A stretch of DNA of 64,000 nt from Candidatus Latescibacterota bacterium (GCA_965248755.1 OZ252149.1:896001-960000), one strand, 5' to 3'; positions 38,886 through 51,623 are shown, counted from the first letter of the stretch. Program-made: numbers and translations. Notes: generated by a model not told the origin, from the letters alone.

Positions 38886-41438
38886 TTAATCTAATCCCAA
38901 CCCCAACTGCAAATCGTCTATATCATCCACTTTGCCATCTCCGTCCTCCTCGTCCAACTCGCCATTTCCGTCTGAATCCCCCTCACCCTCATCTTTGACT
39001 GCCACGCGTGCCACGTCTATAACCTTGTCCTCCGCGTCCAGCTTGATCAGCCTTACGCCCTGAGTGTTCCGGCCTATGACGCTTATTGCTCGGACAGGCT
39101 GTCTCATGATTATGCCCTTTTGAGATATGATTATCAATTCGTCCTCATCCACGACCTCTTTGACACTGATGACCTTTCCGTTCCTCTCATTCGCTTTGAT
39201 GGATATTATCCCTTTGCCGCCCCTGTGGGTGACTCTGTAGTCCGATATCTGGCTCCTCTTGCCGTAGCCGTTTTCACACACAGTCAGAATCGTCCCCTCT
39301 CTTCTGACGATCATCATTCCGACAACTTTGTCGTTCCCATCCCTTAGGCTTACGCCTCTTACCCCTTGAGATGTTCTGCCCATATCCCTCACCTCAGACT
39401 CGTCAAATCTGATCGCAAAACCGCCCTGAGTCACAAGGACGATCCCCTGAGTCCCATCCGTTATCGCGGCATCTATCAGAGAATCCCCATCCACGATATT
39501 TATCGCCCTGATTCCGGTCTTTATGGGACGTCCGTACGCCGAAAGGACAGTCTTTTTGACCAGTCCCCTCCTGGTAGCCATAACCAGATAGCGATCGTCG
39601 TCGAACTCCTTAACATGGACGAACGCCTCTATCTTTTCACCCGTTTCGACCTGAAGCAGATTCACAATCGGCCTACCCCTTGCTGCCCTTCCGCTTTCGG
39701 GAATCCCGTAAACTTTTAGCCAATAGCACTTCCCCCTGTCCGTGAAGAACAGCATATAGCTGTGAGTCGAGGCTATAAAGAGATGCTCTACGAAATCCTC
39801 CTCCTTCGTCGTCATACCCGTAATACCCCTTCCTCCGCGCCTTTGCCTCTTGTAGGTGCTGACGGGAAGTCTCTTTATGTATCCCGCATGCGATATGGTG
39901 ATGACCATATCCTCTTCGGCTATTAGGTCTTCGATGTCGAACTCCGCGCCGGAAGGGACGATCTCCGTTCTCCTTTCGTCCCCGTACTTTTTCTTGAGTT
40001 CGCTCAACTCCGACTTTATAATATCCATCCTCTGGGGTCTGCTATCTAATATCCCCCGAAGCTCCGAGATGTTCTTAATCACCTCCAGGTATTCGTCATC
40101 CACCTTCTTCCTTTCGAGGGCTGTGAGTCTCTGGAGCGTCAAATTCAAGATAGCCCGCGCCTGTGTCTCGGAAATGTTGGATGACGACTCGGTCTGAAAC
40201 GCATCCATGAGTTTGACTCTGGCATCGTCGGGGCTGTCGGAAGCTCTGATTATCCGTATCACCTGGTCTATGTTGTCCAGAGCTATTTTGAAGCCCTCCA
40301 ATAGATGCGCTCTGTTCTCGGCTTGAGTCAGGTCGTAGCGCGTCCTCTTACGGATGACCTCGTGCCTGTGATCCACAAAATGAGAAAGCATCCCCTTGAG
40401 GTTCAAGACTACGGGACGATTGTTCACAAGCGCCCTTTGGATGGCATTGAAGCTCGTCTGAAGCTCGGTGTGCTTATAAAGTTGATTCATCACCACGTTG
40501 GGGTAAGTGTCCCTCTTAAGCTCAATTACGATCCTCATCCCGTCTCTATCGGACTCGTCCCTCACATACGCCACGCCATCTATCCTCTTATCGCTTACGA
40601 GATTTCCTATCGACTCCAGAAGATGGGACTTATCCACCAAGAACGGAATCTCGGTTATGACTATGTTCTCCCGTCCGTTCTTCAAAGTCTCGATGCTGGC
40701 TCTTGCCCTTACCACAATCCGTCCCGTTCCCGTCCTGTAGACATCCCTTACACCGTTCATGCCGTATATTATGCCTCCCGTCGGAAAGTCAGGGGCTTTG
40801 ACGTACTCCATCAATTCGTCGTCTGAGATATCGGGGTTGTCAATTAGGGCCACTATGCCATCTACGACCTCTTTAAGGTTGTGAGGAGGAATCGCGCTGG
40901 TCATCGCTACGGCGATGCCCCAGGTTCCGTTGCATATCAGATTCGGAAAGGCCCCGGGCAGTACCTTCGGCTCCTGCCTGGTATCGTCGTAGTTTGGTAC
41001 AAAGTCCACCGTCTCTTTTTCTATGTCCTGAAGCATCTCCACTGCAAAGGCAGTCATCCGGGCTTCTGTGTATCTCATCGCCGCGGGACGGTCGGGGTAA
41101 TCTATAGAGCCGAAGTTGCCCTGACCGTCCACAAGCCGGTACCTCATTCTGAAATCCTGCGCCATCCTGACCAGCGTCGGATATATCCCCTGCTCGCCGT
41201 GTGGGTGGTAATTTCCCGATGTATCGCCCGCCACCTTGGCGCACTTTCTATACTGCCTCCCCGGTGTCAGATTCAGATCGTTCATCGCCACAAGGATGCG
41301 CCTTTGAGACGGCTTCAGACCGTCCCTGACATCCGGAAGGGCTCGATCTATAATGGTGCTCATCGCGTACGCCAGATACGATTTTTTCATCTCATCTTCA
41401 AAATTGACCTGAATAACTCTGGATCGCTGCGCCAACAT
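38886..41438 (-). CDS. gyrA: DNA gyrase subunit A
   Basis: RALPDVRDGLKP, YHPHG, AAMRYTE, GyrA-box QRRGGRG. Start set at ATG 41438 because the ORF-track extension lies in a REP. Confidence 0.98.
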   Translation of the reverse strand: MLAQRSRVIQVNFEDEMKKSYLAYAMSTIIDRALPDVRDGLKPSQRRILVAMNDLNLTPGRQYRKCAKVAGDTSGNYHPHGEQGIYPTLVRMAQDFRMRYRLVDGQGNFGSIDYPDRPAAMRYTEARMTAFAVEMLQDIEKETVDFVPNYDDTRQEPKVLPGAFPNLICNGTWGIAVAMTSAIPPHNLKEVVDGIVALIDNPDISDDELMEYVKAPDFPTGGIIYGMNGVRDVYRTGTGRIVVRARASIETLKNGRENIVITEIPFLVDKSHLLESIGNLVSDKRIDGVAYVRDESDRDGMRIVIELKRDTYPNVVMNQLYKHTELQTSFNAIQRALVNNRPVVLNLKGMLSHFVDHRHEVIRKRTRYDLTQAENRAHLLEGFKIALDNIDQVIRIIRASDSPDDARVKLMDAFQTESSSNISETQARAILNLTLQRLTALERKKVDDEYLEVIKNISELRGILDSRPQRMDIIKSELSELKKKYGDERRTEIVPSGAEFDIEDLIAEEDMVITISHAGYIKRLPVSTYKRQRRGGRGITGMTTKEEDFVEHLFIASTHSYMLFFTDRGKCYWLKVYGIPESGRAARGRPIVNLLQVETGEKIEAFVHVKEFDDDRYLVMATRRGLVKKTVLSAYGRPIKTGIRAINIVDGDSLIDAAITDGTQGIVLVTQGGFAIRFDESEVRDMGRTSQGVRGVSLRDGNDKVVGMMIVRREGTILTVCENGYGKRSQISDYRVTHRGGKGIISIKANERNGKVISVKEVVDEDELIIISQKGIIMRQPVRAISVIGRNTQGVRLIKLDAEDKVIDVARVAVKDEGEGDSDGNGELDEEDGDGKVDDIDDLQLGLGLD

Positions 41439-41457
41439 CTCTTTCCCTCTCTTTATT

Positions 41458-41575
41458 TGTAGGGGCGAACCCGTATGCTCACCCCATTTATCCATATCTT
41501 CAGGGCAGACACGTGGGTCTGCCCCTACAGTTAGACTGATTTATCAGTGTAGGGGCGAACCCGTGTGTTCGCTCT
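41458..41575. repeat. GTAG-type REP cluster (REPIN-like doublet plus a third unit) between gyrB and gyrA
   Basis: TGTAGGGGCGAACCCG.. / ..GGGCAGACACGTGGGTCTGCCCCTACA / TGTAGGGGCGAACCCGTGTGTTCGC. Confidence 0.85.
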
Positions 41576-41606
41576 AGAGCATCCTCCAATCCCTGTCTAC
41601 TGCTCT

Positions 41607-43595
<1,989 letters not shown>

Positions 43596-43603
43596 CTATC
43601 TAC

Positions 43604-43933
43604 TCATTTTTCGTCCTCGTTCACAAAGAAAATATCTTCGACTACGTTTCTGCCCACATTCTCGTTTAATTTAGCTATCAAATCGGGCTTAAAGAGCGTT
43701 AATTGCTGCTTCCAGGGGGCTGTCTTTACAGCCACAAATAGTGTTCCTCCCCTCATGCTGAGCACAGATGTCATCTGGGAAATTCTCTCTCCCACAGAGT
43801 CGTCCCAGAGGACTTTGGCCCTTGCTTGATAGAACTTTTTCGTCAGCCCCAGCTCATCTAACACCCTCTGGACTATTCCTCCTATATCCTTCGGATAGCT
43901 CGACTTCCGATCAGGCTCTCTACGGATATTCAT
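43604..43933 (-). CDS. dciA: DUF721/DciA-family protein
   Basis: WDDSVGERISQMT..LFVAVKTAPWKQQL..KLN; conserved position between recF and gyrB. Confidence 0.85.
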   Translation of the reverse strand: MNIRREPDRKSSYPKDIGGIVQRVLDELGLTKKFYQARAKVLWDDSVGERISQMTSVLSMRGGTLFVAVKTAPWKQQLTLFKPDLIAKLNENVGRNVVEDIFFVNEDEK

Positions 43934-45014
43934 CCTTTTCCTCCTCTATCCTCATCTCTGCAAAACCTTTATCTTTCATCGAAAGGTTGGGGCACCTTGC
44001 CGAAGTTACGATGACCTGGTCGAAACCCTCTATTATCTCCAACAGCCTCTCTTCCCTTTTGCTGTCTAACTCAGAAAAGGCGTCGTCCAAGAGCAGAACA
44101 GGCACCTCTTTTCTTGTCTCCTTAACAAACTCCGTCTCAGCGAATTTCCACGCCAAAAGGGCGCTCTTCATCTGTCCGGCCGAACCGTACCTTTGAATGT
44201 CCCGTTCTCCTATGAGTATCTTTACGTTGTCCCTGTGCGGTCCCAGGATCGTGTATCCCAATTCCATCTCCCTTTTTCGCTTGCTTTTCAACTGCTCCAT
44301 AAAGCAGTCCGATATTTCCTGCAGATCTTCAAATTTCACACAGGCCGAGTAGGACGCCGTGATGTCCTCTTTTTTATTTGAAAGCATGACGTAAAACTTA
44401 TACAGGCCCCTCTTTATATGTTCTATCGCTTTTATCCTCTTTTTAATGATCCGGCTCCCTACCCTTACAAGTTGAACGTCCCACGCATCTAAGGGAGAAT
44501 TTTTCAGTTTTCCGTCCCCAAGGATCCTGTTCCGCTGGGACAGGATCCTCCGGTAGTCCTGCAGATCCGCAAGGTACGATGGACTGGACTGGGAGACTAC
44601 AATGTCCAGGAGTCTTCTCCTTTGAGAGGGGAATCTTAAAACGAGGTCTACATCTTCAGGGGAGAACAGGACCGAGTTGAAAAAACCGACAAGGTCCAAC
44701 AGACGGGGGAGAGGATTACGATCCAGATAGATTCTCTTTCCTACATTCTGATGATAATAAATCCTTAAAGAAAACTCGTTAGGGACCCTGGCGACTTGGG
44801 CACCGATTGAAAACTCATCTTTACCCTCCTTTGCCACCTCCTTATCCTTGGCACCTTTTGAGGACTTTCCCAGAGAGAGGAAGTGGAGAGCTTCTAAAAG
44901 ATTTGATTTCCCTGCACCATTGTCACCAGTTACTATAGTTTTAGATTCTGGAAAGTTGAACCTTACATTGGGGAAATTCCTGAAATCTTTAAGCGTGAGT
45001 TCTCTTATGAACAA
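43920..45014 (-). CDS. recF: DNA replication/repair protein RecF
   Basis: FRNF, GDNGAGKSNLLEA, GPHRD, GSAGQ, LLLDDAFSELD. Confidence 0.96.
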   Translation of the reverse strand: MFIRELTLKDFRNFPNVRFNFPESKTIVTGDNGAGKSNLLEALHFLSLGKSSKGAKDKEVAKEGKDEFSIGAQVARVPNEFSLRIYYHQNVGKRIYLDRNPLPRLLDLVGFFNSVLFSPEDVDLVLRFPSQRRRLLDIVVSQSSPSYLADLQDYRRILSQRNRILGDGKLKNSPLDAWDVQLVRVGSRIIKKRIKAIEHIKRGLYKFYVMLSNKKEDITASYSACVKFEDLQEISDCFMEQLKSKRKREMELGYTILGPHRDNVKILIGERDIQRYGSAGQMKSALLAWKFAETEFVKETRKEVPVLLLDDAFSELDSKREERLLEIIEGFDQVIVTSARCPNLSMKDKGFAEMRIEEEKDEYP

Positions 45015-45104
45015 TCGGGCATCTCCCCCTGCTTGCTCAAGTAGACAGTTGCCAGGGGGAGGAGGGACGCCCTGTATGCTGTCTACTGATTTAGGGACCC
45101 CTTC

Positions 45105-46274
45105 TCAACTTGTGATCCTGAGAGGCATAATCAGGCACAGATAGTCTTCGTCGTCGGGCTGTTCCAGCGGCTTTATTACCCCGGCTTCTGTGGGGCTTTC
45201 AAGCTCGAATACTATATTTTCAGAATCTATCTTCCTGAGTATCTCCATAAGATAGGAGGCGTTGTATCCTAATTCCATATCTTCGTCCGTGTATTTTGCC
45301 GGAATCGCCTCGCGGGCTTCGCCTCCCAGCTCCTGACTTGTTGCCGAAAGCTGTATCTCATCTTTTTTTAACGACATACGTATTTGATGCGTCTGCGCGC
45401 TTGACAGAATGGAGACCCTTCGCACTGCGGGGGAGAACGCGCCGTTGGACACTACGAGCCTCTTCTGGTTCTCCTTGGGTATCACCTGATCGTAGTCAAC
45501 GTAGGGGCCCTCTATCAATCTTGAAGAAACGATCGTATTTCCCAGGTCGAATATTATGTACCTTTGGCCGATGGTCACAGATTTCAACTCATCTGAGCCC
45601 GACAAAAGCTTGCCCAGGCGATCCAATCCCTTGGGTGGGACGATGGCCTCTATCTTTCCATTTTCTCCTGTGGACGGAAATACCACCTTCTTTGTCATCT
45701 TAACTAACCTGGCTCCGTCCGTTGCCACCATCATCATCCCATCCTGTCCGATATGCCAGTAGACCCCGCACAAAACAGGTCTTGCCTCGTCGCTGGAGGC
45801 GGCATAGGATGTCTTGGAGATCATCTCCTTCAGGACAGCGCCGTCGGGGCTATCGGCACCGTTAAAGTTCAAGACGACTCCCTCCTCCGATGAGGGAGGA
45901 GACGGAAAATCGTCGGGAGGCATTCCAGATAGACTGTAGACGCCATCAGACTGTCCACCATCCTCCGCCTTGGAAGTCGAAATAGATATCTTTTCCTGTG
46001 AAACCGAGATAGAGACCGGCACCCTGGGAAGTTCCCTGACAATTTCGGCGAACTTGCGCGCAGTAACGGTAACAGCCCCCTCCTCTGATACCTCCCCGGA
46101 GGCTGTTGCAGAAATGGATATATCCAGATCAGTGGCTCTGAGCTTAAGTTTCCCCTCCACGGAAGCCTCAAGCAGTATATTGCTGAGTATAGGAAGGGCA
46201 GCCCTGGTCGGAACAGCGTCTAACACTTTCTCCACAGCATCGTAGAGATCATCCCTCTGTATGACTACTTTCAT
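45105..46274 (-). CDS. dnaN: DNA polymerase III beta sliding clamp
   Basis: LPILSNILL, ATDLD, RPVLCGV, VATDGARL, SRLIEGPYVDY, LIMPLR; RBS GGAGG before ATG 46274. Confidence 0.97.
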   Translation of the reverse strand: MKVVIQRDDLYDAVEKVLDAVPTRAALPILSNILLEASVEGKLKLRATDLDISISATASGEVSEEGAVTVTARKFAEIVRELPRVPVSISVSQEKISISTSKAEDGGQSDGVYSLSGMPPDDFPSPPSSEEGVVLNFNGADSPDGAVLKEMISKTSYAASSDEARPVLCGVYWHIGQDGMMMVATDGARLVKMTKKVVFPSTGENGKIEAIVPPKGLDRLGKLLSGSDELKSVTIGQRYIIFDLGNTIVSSRLIEGPYVDYDQVIPKENQKRLVVSNGAFSPAVRRVSILSSAQTHQIRMSLKKDEIQLSATSQELGGEAREAIPAKYTDEDMELGYNASYLMEILRKIDSENIVFELESPTEAGVIKPLEQPDDEDYLCLIMPLRITS

Positions 46275-46289
46275 GTCCGCCTCCATAAG

Positions 46290-46640
46290 CCCAGGTCAGG
46301 GCTGTACAGTTATGCGAGATCAGGCAATAGTGCAGTAAGATGTCCTGTTTCCCGACAGCTCTGTAAATACAGCACTTTGTGTATATAGAAAAATATGTCC
46401 AGCATAACGTATACGTCATAATATATACGGCGTTCTGTACTATATATATAATAACAATTATAGGCAATTTTTGCAAGGAAAAAATTGAAAATAATCACTT
46501 ATTTTAAGGGCAAGTTTCAGCTAATAGACTCCAGGGTCAAGGGGGAAATTAATCCTTGCAATTGTATGGCAAATAGAGTAAATTAGGGCACAAGATCCCG
46601 TAGTCTTACTGACTATTTTTATAAAGAAATTCTGAAGGAG
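46290..46640. promoter_or_regulatory. AT-rich divergent intergenic region, candidate oriC
   Basis: Upstream of dnaN; AT-rich TACTATATATATAATAACAATTAT; only degenerate DnaA-box-like 9-mers (e.g. TGTGTATAT 46378); gene strand switches here. Confidence 0.4.
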
Positions 46641-46647
46641 GATTCAA

Positions 46648-47613
46648 GTGAAGATTCTCGTGACTATGAAGGCCACAGAAGAACACATCAATCAGTTAAG
46701 TTCTGTATCACAAGACGTGGAGATATTTCACGCAACCGATAAAGAGGAGATAAAAATACAGATAACCGACGCCGATGCTGTCTTTGGCGTTACGGTATCT
46801 CCCGAAGAGTTGAAAGCAGCAGGGAAATTGAAGTGGATACAGTCCTTAAGCGCTGGTCTGGAAATATATCTTACTCCTGAGCTAATAGAAAGCGACATTA
46901 TCTTCACCAACGGAAGCGGCCTTCACGCAGTTCAACTATCCGAGCACGCGTTCGCATTTATGCTCAGCCTCGCAAGGGGATTGAATCTGTACATACGGAA
47001 CCAACTGCAAAGAAAATGGCAAAATACGGCTGTAAGTCAATTAGAAGGCGCGACCGTCGGCATCGTGGGTCTTGGCGGTTCAGGAACGGAGGTCGCAAGG
47101 AGGGCCCGCACATTTGATATGACAGTCCTGGCTATAGATATATTAAAGAGACGTAAACCTGACTTTGTAGATGAGCTTTGGGGACTTGAAAGGCTGGATG
47201 ATCTTCTGGACCAGTCTGATTTTGTGGTTTTGACCGCTCCTCATACAGATCGCACACACCATATTATAGATCGTCAGGCGCTAAAAAGGATGAAGCCCAC
47301 GGCGTATCTGATAAATGTAGCAAGGGGAAAGCTGATAGACGAAAAGGCTTTGGTAGAAGCTCTGAAGGACAAGGAGATAGCAGGAGCGGGTTTAGATGTC
47401 TTCGAAGAGGAGCCACTTCCCGAAGACAGCGAACTCTGGGCATTTGAAAACGTTATCATAAGCACCCACGCTGCGGGCCACGCCCCTTCAAGACCCCAAA
47501 AGATTGTGGATCTCTTCTGCGAGAACCTGAAAAGATACTTATCGGGAGAACCGCTCCTAAACCTTGTAGACAAGAAAGCGGGATTTCCCGAACAGCCCTT
47601 AATTAAATCTTGA
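46648..47613 (+). CDS. D-2-hydroxyacid dehydrogenase
   Basis: GIVGLGGSG, LINVARG, AGLDVFEEEPLP, STHAAG. Confidence 0.93.
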   Translation: MKILVTMKATEEHINQLSSVSQDVEIFHATDKEEIKIQITDADAVFGVTVSPEELKAAGKLKWIQSLSAGLEIYLTPELIESDIIFTNGSGLHAVQLSEHAFAFMLSLARGLNLYIRNQLQRKWQNTAVSQLEGATVGIVGLGGSGTEVARRARTFDMTVLAIDILKRRKPDFVDELWGLERLDDLLDQSDFVVLTAPHTDRTHHIIDRQALKRMKPTAYLINVARGKLIDEKALVEALKDKEIAGAGLDVFEEEPLPEDSELWAFENVIISTHAAGHAPSRPQKIVDLFCENLKRYLSGEPLLNLVDKKAGFPEQPLIKS

Positions 47614-47628
47614 ATAGCAGATACTAGA

Positions 47629-47793
47629 ATGAGATATGTAATCTTATATGCTACGCTGCTATGGGTCGCCTTGATTGCGCCTGTCTATGCACGGGGTCTT
47701 TTCGGACCCAAGACCGACTATCCCGCTCCTATTTCTCTCTTTTCAGTTTTCACAGCAGATTTACACGGAGATCGGGACAATGACTTAGCGTAA
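47629..47793 (+). pseudogene. Signal peptide plus single FG-GAP/VCBS-like repeat, truncated
   Basis: Manual translation MRYVILYATLLWVALIAPVYARGLFGPKTDYPAPISLFSVFTADLHGDRDNDLA*. Confidence 0.5.
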
Positions 47794-47983
47794 GAATGTC
47801 GGATGAAGTTCTTTTGAGATAGGATAAAGACAAATACGCAGTCCATTGGATAACTTCGAATGCCAAGGAGATGAGCCAGATGAGCTAATCTCATCTATTT
47901 CCTCGTTATCCCGCAAGATCCTGTGTTGGAATCTAATGAAGATGTAGCTGTTCAATGCCGTTAGGTGTATTTCATTTAATCAA

Positions 47984-48253
47984 GTGAGGTTTAATATGAA
48001 ATTCGATTCATACAAGTTTTCGGTGATTTATAATTTAGCAAAAAATATCCGAGTATATATTTTTTCTTGTGCCGTTGCTTTTATTTTATCAAGTTGTGCA
48101 AGTCGGTCAAGTCAATTTGAAGTTGGAGTGGACTCTATTGTAGATCCTTCAATGATTGAGAAAGAAAATTATTTCTTATACCCCGCTGATTCAACAATTT
48201 CTATTGAAGATTTACATTTCAAAGAATATTCAAATTATATCAGAACAGCATTA
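47984..48253 (+). pseudogene. AT-rich lipoprotein gene truncated by IS1182
   Basis: Lipobox LSSC; low GC; frame runs into the IS left IR; the remainder is not found right of the IS. Confidence 0.65.
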
Positions 48254-49772
48254 AAAGCCTTGTGAAAAACCCTTAAATCGAACAAATAGTATAAAAACAT
48301 TGACGGAGCAATCTCCATGTATTATATTATATCATTGATAATATTATACATGGAGGAAATAATAACGCCACAAAAGAAGGAACAGACAAATCTGATATTT
48401 CACTATTTTCAGATGGAGGATTTAGTTCCCCAAGACCATATTCTCCGTCAAATTGATAAAGCGGTTGATTTTTCATTTGTACGAGACGTTGTGTCAGATT
48501 GTTATTGCTCTGATAATGGCAGACCCGGTATTGATCCTGAATTAGTTATTCGAATGATCCTTATCGGCTATTTGTATAATTTGAGTGAGAATCGGCTTTG
48601 TCAGGAAGTGGCGATGCATGCGGCATATAGGTTGTTTTGTCATCAGACATTTGAGGATGAGGTTCCAGACAGAAGCACGATCAACAAGCTTCGCAATCAC
48701 AAGTGGGCATCTAGTGGATTGTTTGAACAGATAATGCGTCAGGTAGTCCAGCGCTGTATAGATGTCGGTCTTGTGAGCGGTAAACACTTAAGTGTTGATG
48801 GCACTCAGATACGAGCGAATGCTTCGGTGAAGAGTATTGAGCCGATAGAGCTTCCTGTTTCTCTTGATGACTACCTAAAGGAAATGGGTTTTGAAGGTGA
48901 TAAGGTACAGGCCGAAGATAGGTCTGGGCATTCTCACGATAAGGACTTTCATGGTGAAAAGTGGACGAACCAGACGCACCGTTCGACTACAGACCCCGAT
49001 GCTCTCTTATACAAAAAGTCAAAAGGCACGGGGGCTTCTCTTTCGTTTATGGGTCATGATCTCATCGACACAAAAAGTAGAGTAATCCTTGAGACACAGG
49101 GCACACAGGCGACAGCCGAGACTGAAAGTGCCCTTAAGATGGTTGATGATCTTGAAGTATACACTATGCCCGAAGGCATTCAGACACTTACTGCCGATAC
49201 CGGTTACGGTTCTGGTGGTTTTATCGCTGATATACTTGACTGGGGAATCACACCCCACATTCCTCTGCGATCAGGTGAAGAGATTGAGCCAATTCCTACT
49301 TGGAAAAACAAGACAACTTTCGCACATATTCAGGCCAAGCGAGATAAGAAAGTGCGAGAGGCAAAGGCCAGGAATTATGCACGATCTATCTCATTGACAT
49401 CTGACTACAGACTCTCCCAGAAGCTCCGCAAACGCAGTGAACATATCTTTGCTGAAGCCAAACAACAGCACGGTATGGGCCGAGCCCGTTACAGGGGATT
49501 GGCCTCACTGAATGAACAGTTAAATCTTGTTGCAACAGTGCAGAATCTCAAGAGGCTTGTATCCTTCATAAGAAGGAGAAAAGCGTCTATATGTGCCCTG
49601 TCTGTCAAAGACAGTGCATCCTGTTCTTCAAACAGCTTCTATTCCTTGCTGACCAGAACTCTGATGAGACTATTTTGCTTATTCCATAGCAAAACGATAC
49701 GATATGCTACTGTTTGACCCATAATAGACGTTTCAGACGCTGCCTACAAGATAACTATTTCACAAGGCTTTT
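48254..49772 (+). mobile_element. IS1182-family insertion sequence
   Basis: 15-bp perfect IRs AAAGCCTTGTGAAAA / TTTTCACAAGGCTTT; no clear target duplication. Confidence 0.88.
48317..49717 (+). CDS. IS1182-family transposase (DUF772 + DDE)
   Basis: LVPQDHILRQID..GRPGIDP, VDGTQIRANAS, STTDPDA, ADTGYG, EHIFAEAK..HGMGRARYRGL. Start uncertain: the RBS GGAGG precedes an in-frame ACG at 48365. Confidence 0.9.
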   Translation: MYYIISLIILYMEEIITPQKKEQTNLIFHYFQMEDLVPQDHILRQIDKAVDFSFVRDVVSDCYCSDNGRPGIDPELVIRMILIGYLYNLSENRLCQEVAMHAAYRLFCHQTFEDEVPDRSTINKLRNHKWASSGLFEQIMRQVVQRCIDVGLVSGKHLSVDGTQIRANASVKSIEPIELPVSLDDYLKEMGFEGDKVQAEDRSGHSHDKDFHGEKWTNQTHRSTTDPDALLYKKSKGTGASLSFMGHDLIDTKSRVILETQGTQATAETESALKMVDDLEVYTMPEGIQTLTADTGYGSGGFIADILDWGITPHIPLRSGEEIEPIPTWKNKTTFAHIQAKRDKKVREAKARNYARSISLTSDYRLSQKLRKRSEHIFAEAKQQHGMGRARYRGLASLNEQLNLVATVQNLKRLVSFIRRRKASICALSVKDSASCSSNSFYSLLTRTLMRLFCLFHSKTIRYATV

Positions 49773-49992
49773 AGAGACTTTCCTTTTATATTAACACCTA
49801 ACTTCTCCCAGACTTCATAAGTATTCGCAGCATCTGTGGTTCGTTTGAGGGAGGGGAAATGCGTCTTTGTCTACTGTCATTGGGATTGCTTTGCTATCAC
49901 TCCCTAATGACAGTTTATTCCCTCGTGAGTTTTTCAGTCATTTTGAAGGGTGAGACTTCGAAGCAATCTCTGGGTAGGGGAGCCCCTGACTT

Positions 49993-51051
49993 ATGAATAT
50001 GATCGATATGCGTACAGATACATCGTCCCGCCCCACTGAGGCTATGAGAGTGGCGATGAAAGAAGCCTCTGTAGGAAACGACGGGTACGGCGAAGATCCT
50101 ACGGTCAACAGACTCGAAACGATGGCCTCACAGATGCTGGGTAAGGAAGATAGCCTGTACGTTCCGAGTGGAATGATGGGAAATATGCTGGGGATTATGG
50201 CTACGGTCGAAGCGGGGAAGGCCGCCCTTGTGGGACGTTGGACTCATATAGCCTTATCCGAGTCGTTCGGGCTGTCGAGGCTGGGGGGCATAAGATGCAT
50301 AGAGGTCAAGGAGCTCCCAAACGGAAACCTGGATATAGACGACACAAAAGAGCTTCTGACAAGGCTAAATACCTCCGAGGGGATTGACCTGATCACCTTG
50401 GAGAACACCCACAATCTTGCGGGGGGGACGGCTATGTCCAGAGACGACAAGGAGCCCTATCTCCAGATAGCCCGGACGCACGGTCTAAAGACCCATCTGG
50501 ATGGAGCAAGGATATTCAACGCATCTGTAGCACTAAACGTGGACGTAAAGGAATTGACACAGGACGTGGATACCGTGACGTTCTGTCTTTCAAAAGGACT
50601 GTGTGCTCCGGTCGGTTCGATCCTCTGTTCGGATGGGGAGACTATAGTCAAGGCGAGATATCTAAGGAGAATGATGGGCGGTCAGATGAGGCAGGCGGGA
50701 GTCATCGCTGCAGCGGGCATCGTGGCTTTGGAGCAGATGATCCAGCGTCTGGAAGAAGATCACCAGAAGGCGCGCCTGCTTGCAGATGGTCTGGCATCCC
50801 TGGAAGGTCTGTCCTTAGATCTTTCAAGGGTTCAGACCAATTTAGTGATGGCTGACGTAGCTGGTCTTGGAATCACAGCGAAAGATTTCTGCAAGAAGAT
50901 GCAGGACAAAGGCGTCCAGATCATAGCCATCACACCCCACCTTGTGAGGTTTTCGCTTTACAAAGACATCACCTGGGACGATGTCCACTACGCTTTGGAC
51001 GCTGTCAAGCAGGTAGTCTCTGAGGTTATTGATTATTCCCCTATCACTTAA
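49993..51051 (+). CDS. ltaE: Low-specificity L-threonine aldolase
   Basis: IDMRTDT..PT, GEDPTV, LENTHN, HLDGARIFNA, CLSKGLCAPVGS, GGQMRQAG. Confidence 0.92.
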   Translation: MNMIDMRTDTSSRPTEAMRVAMKEASVGNDGYGEDPTVNRLETMASQMLGKEDSLYVPSGMMGNMLGIMATVEAGKAALVGRWTHIALSESFGLSRLGGIRCIEVKELPNGNLDIDDTKELLTRLNTSEGIDLITLENTHNLAGGTAMSRDDKEPYLQIARTHGLKTHLDGARIFNASVALNVDVKELTQDVDTVTFCLSKGLCAPVGSILCSDGETIVKARYLRRMMGGQMRQAGVIAAAGIVALEQMIQRLEEDHQKARLLADGLASLEGLSLDLSRVQTNLVMADVAGLGITAKDFCKKMQDKGVQIIAITPHLVRFSLYKDITWDDVHYALDAVKQVVSEVIDYSPIT

Positions 51052-51065
51052 AGTTTATTTAAACC

Positions 51066-51623
51066 ATGTCGGACACAGATAAAGATCAAATAACATTATT
51101 ATCTGAAAGATACGGAGAGCCTATCTATTACAAGGAACATCTTTCTGCAGGGGATTTCGGGCCGGTCAACGGAAAGAGGAAGGCGGAAGTGGCCTTAGTC
51201 GTAATGAGGGAGAACGGGAAGATATTGCTCCAGACCAAGGATTTTTATCCTGAAGGAGTATATAGGATACCTACAGGCGGGATTGAAGAGAATGAAGATA
51301 TACCTTCATCCCTGCAGCGGGAGACAACGGAGGAGACTAACCTAAAAGTCGGGATAAGAAGGTTTTTAGCCCTTATAGATTACTCTTTCGCCGATAGTGG
51401 GAAGACTTTCAGGACTTACGTATTTTTGTTAGAGGAACGCGGAAAAAACGCTTTGAAAGCGAACGACCATAAGGAGAAGATAAGCGGCTGGAGGGAGATC
51501 AACCCTTCCAAGCTCGACTCTGTTGCTGAAAGCCTTTCAAATATAAAGGAGGATAAATACAGAAATTGGGGACTGTTCAGGGCAATTGCTCACCGGGCCT
51601 CAGCTGATGCGCTAAAGCAGTAG
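51066..51623 (+). CDS. NUDIX hydrolase
   Basis: Nudix box GGIEENEDIPSSLQRETTEETNL. Confidence 0.9.
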   Translation: MSDTDKDQITLLSERYGEPIYYKEHLSAGDFGPVNGKRKAEVALVVMRENGKILLQTKDFYPEGVYRIPTGGIEENEDIPSSLQRETTEETNLKVGIRRFLALIDYSFADSGKTFRTYVFLLEERGKNALKANDHKEKISGWREINPSKLDSVAESLSNIKEDKYRNWGLFRAIAHRASADALKQ

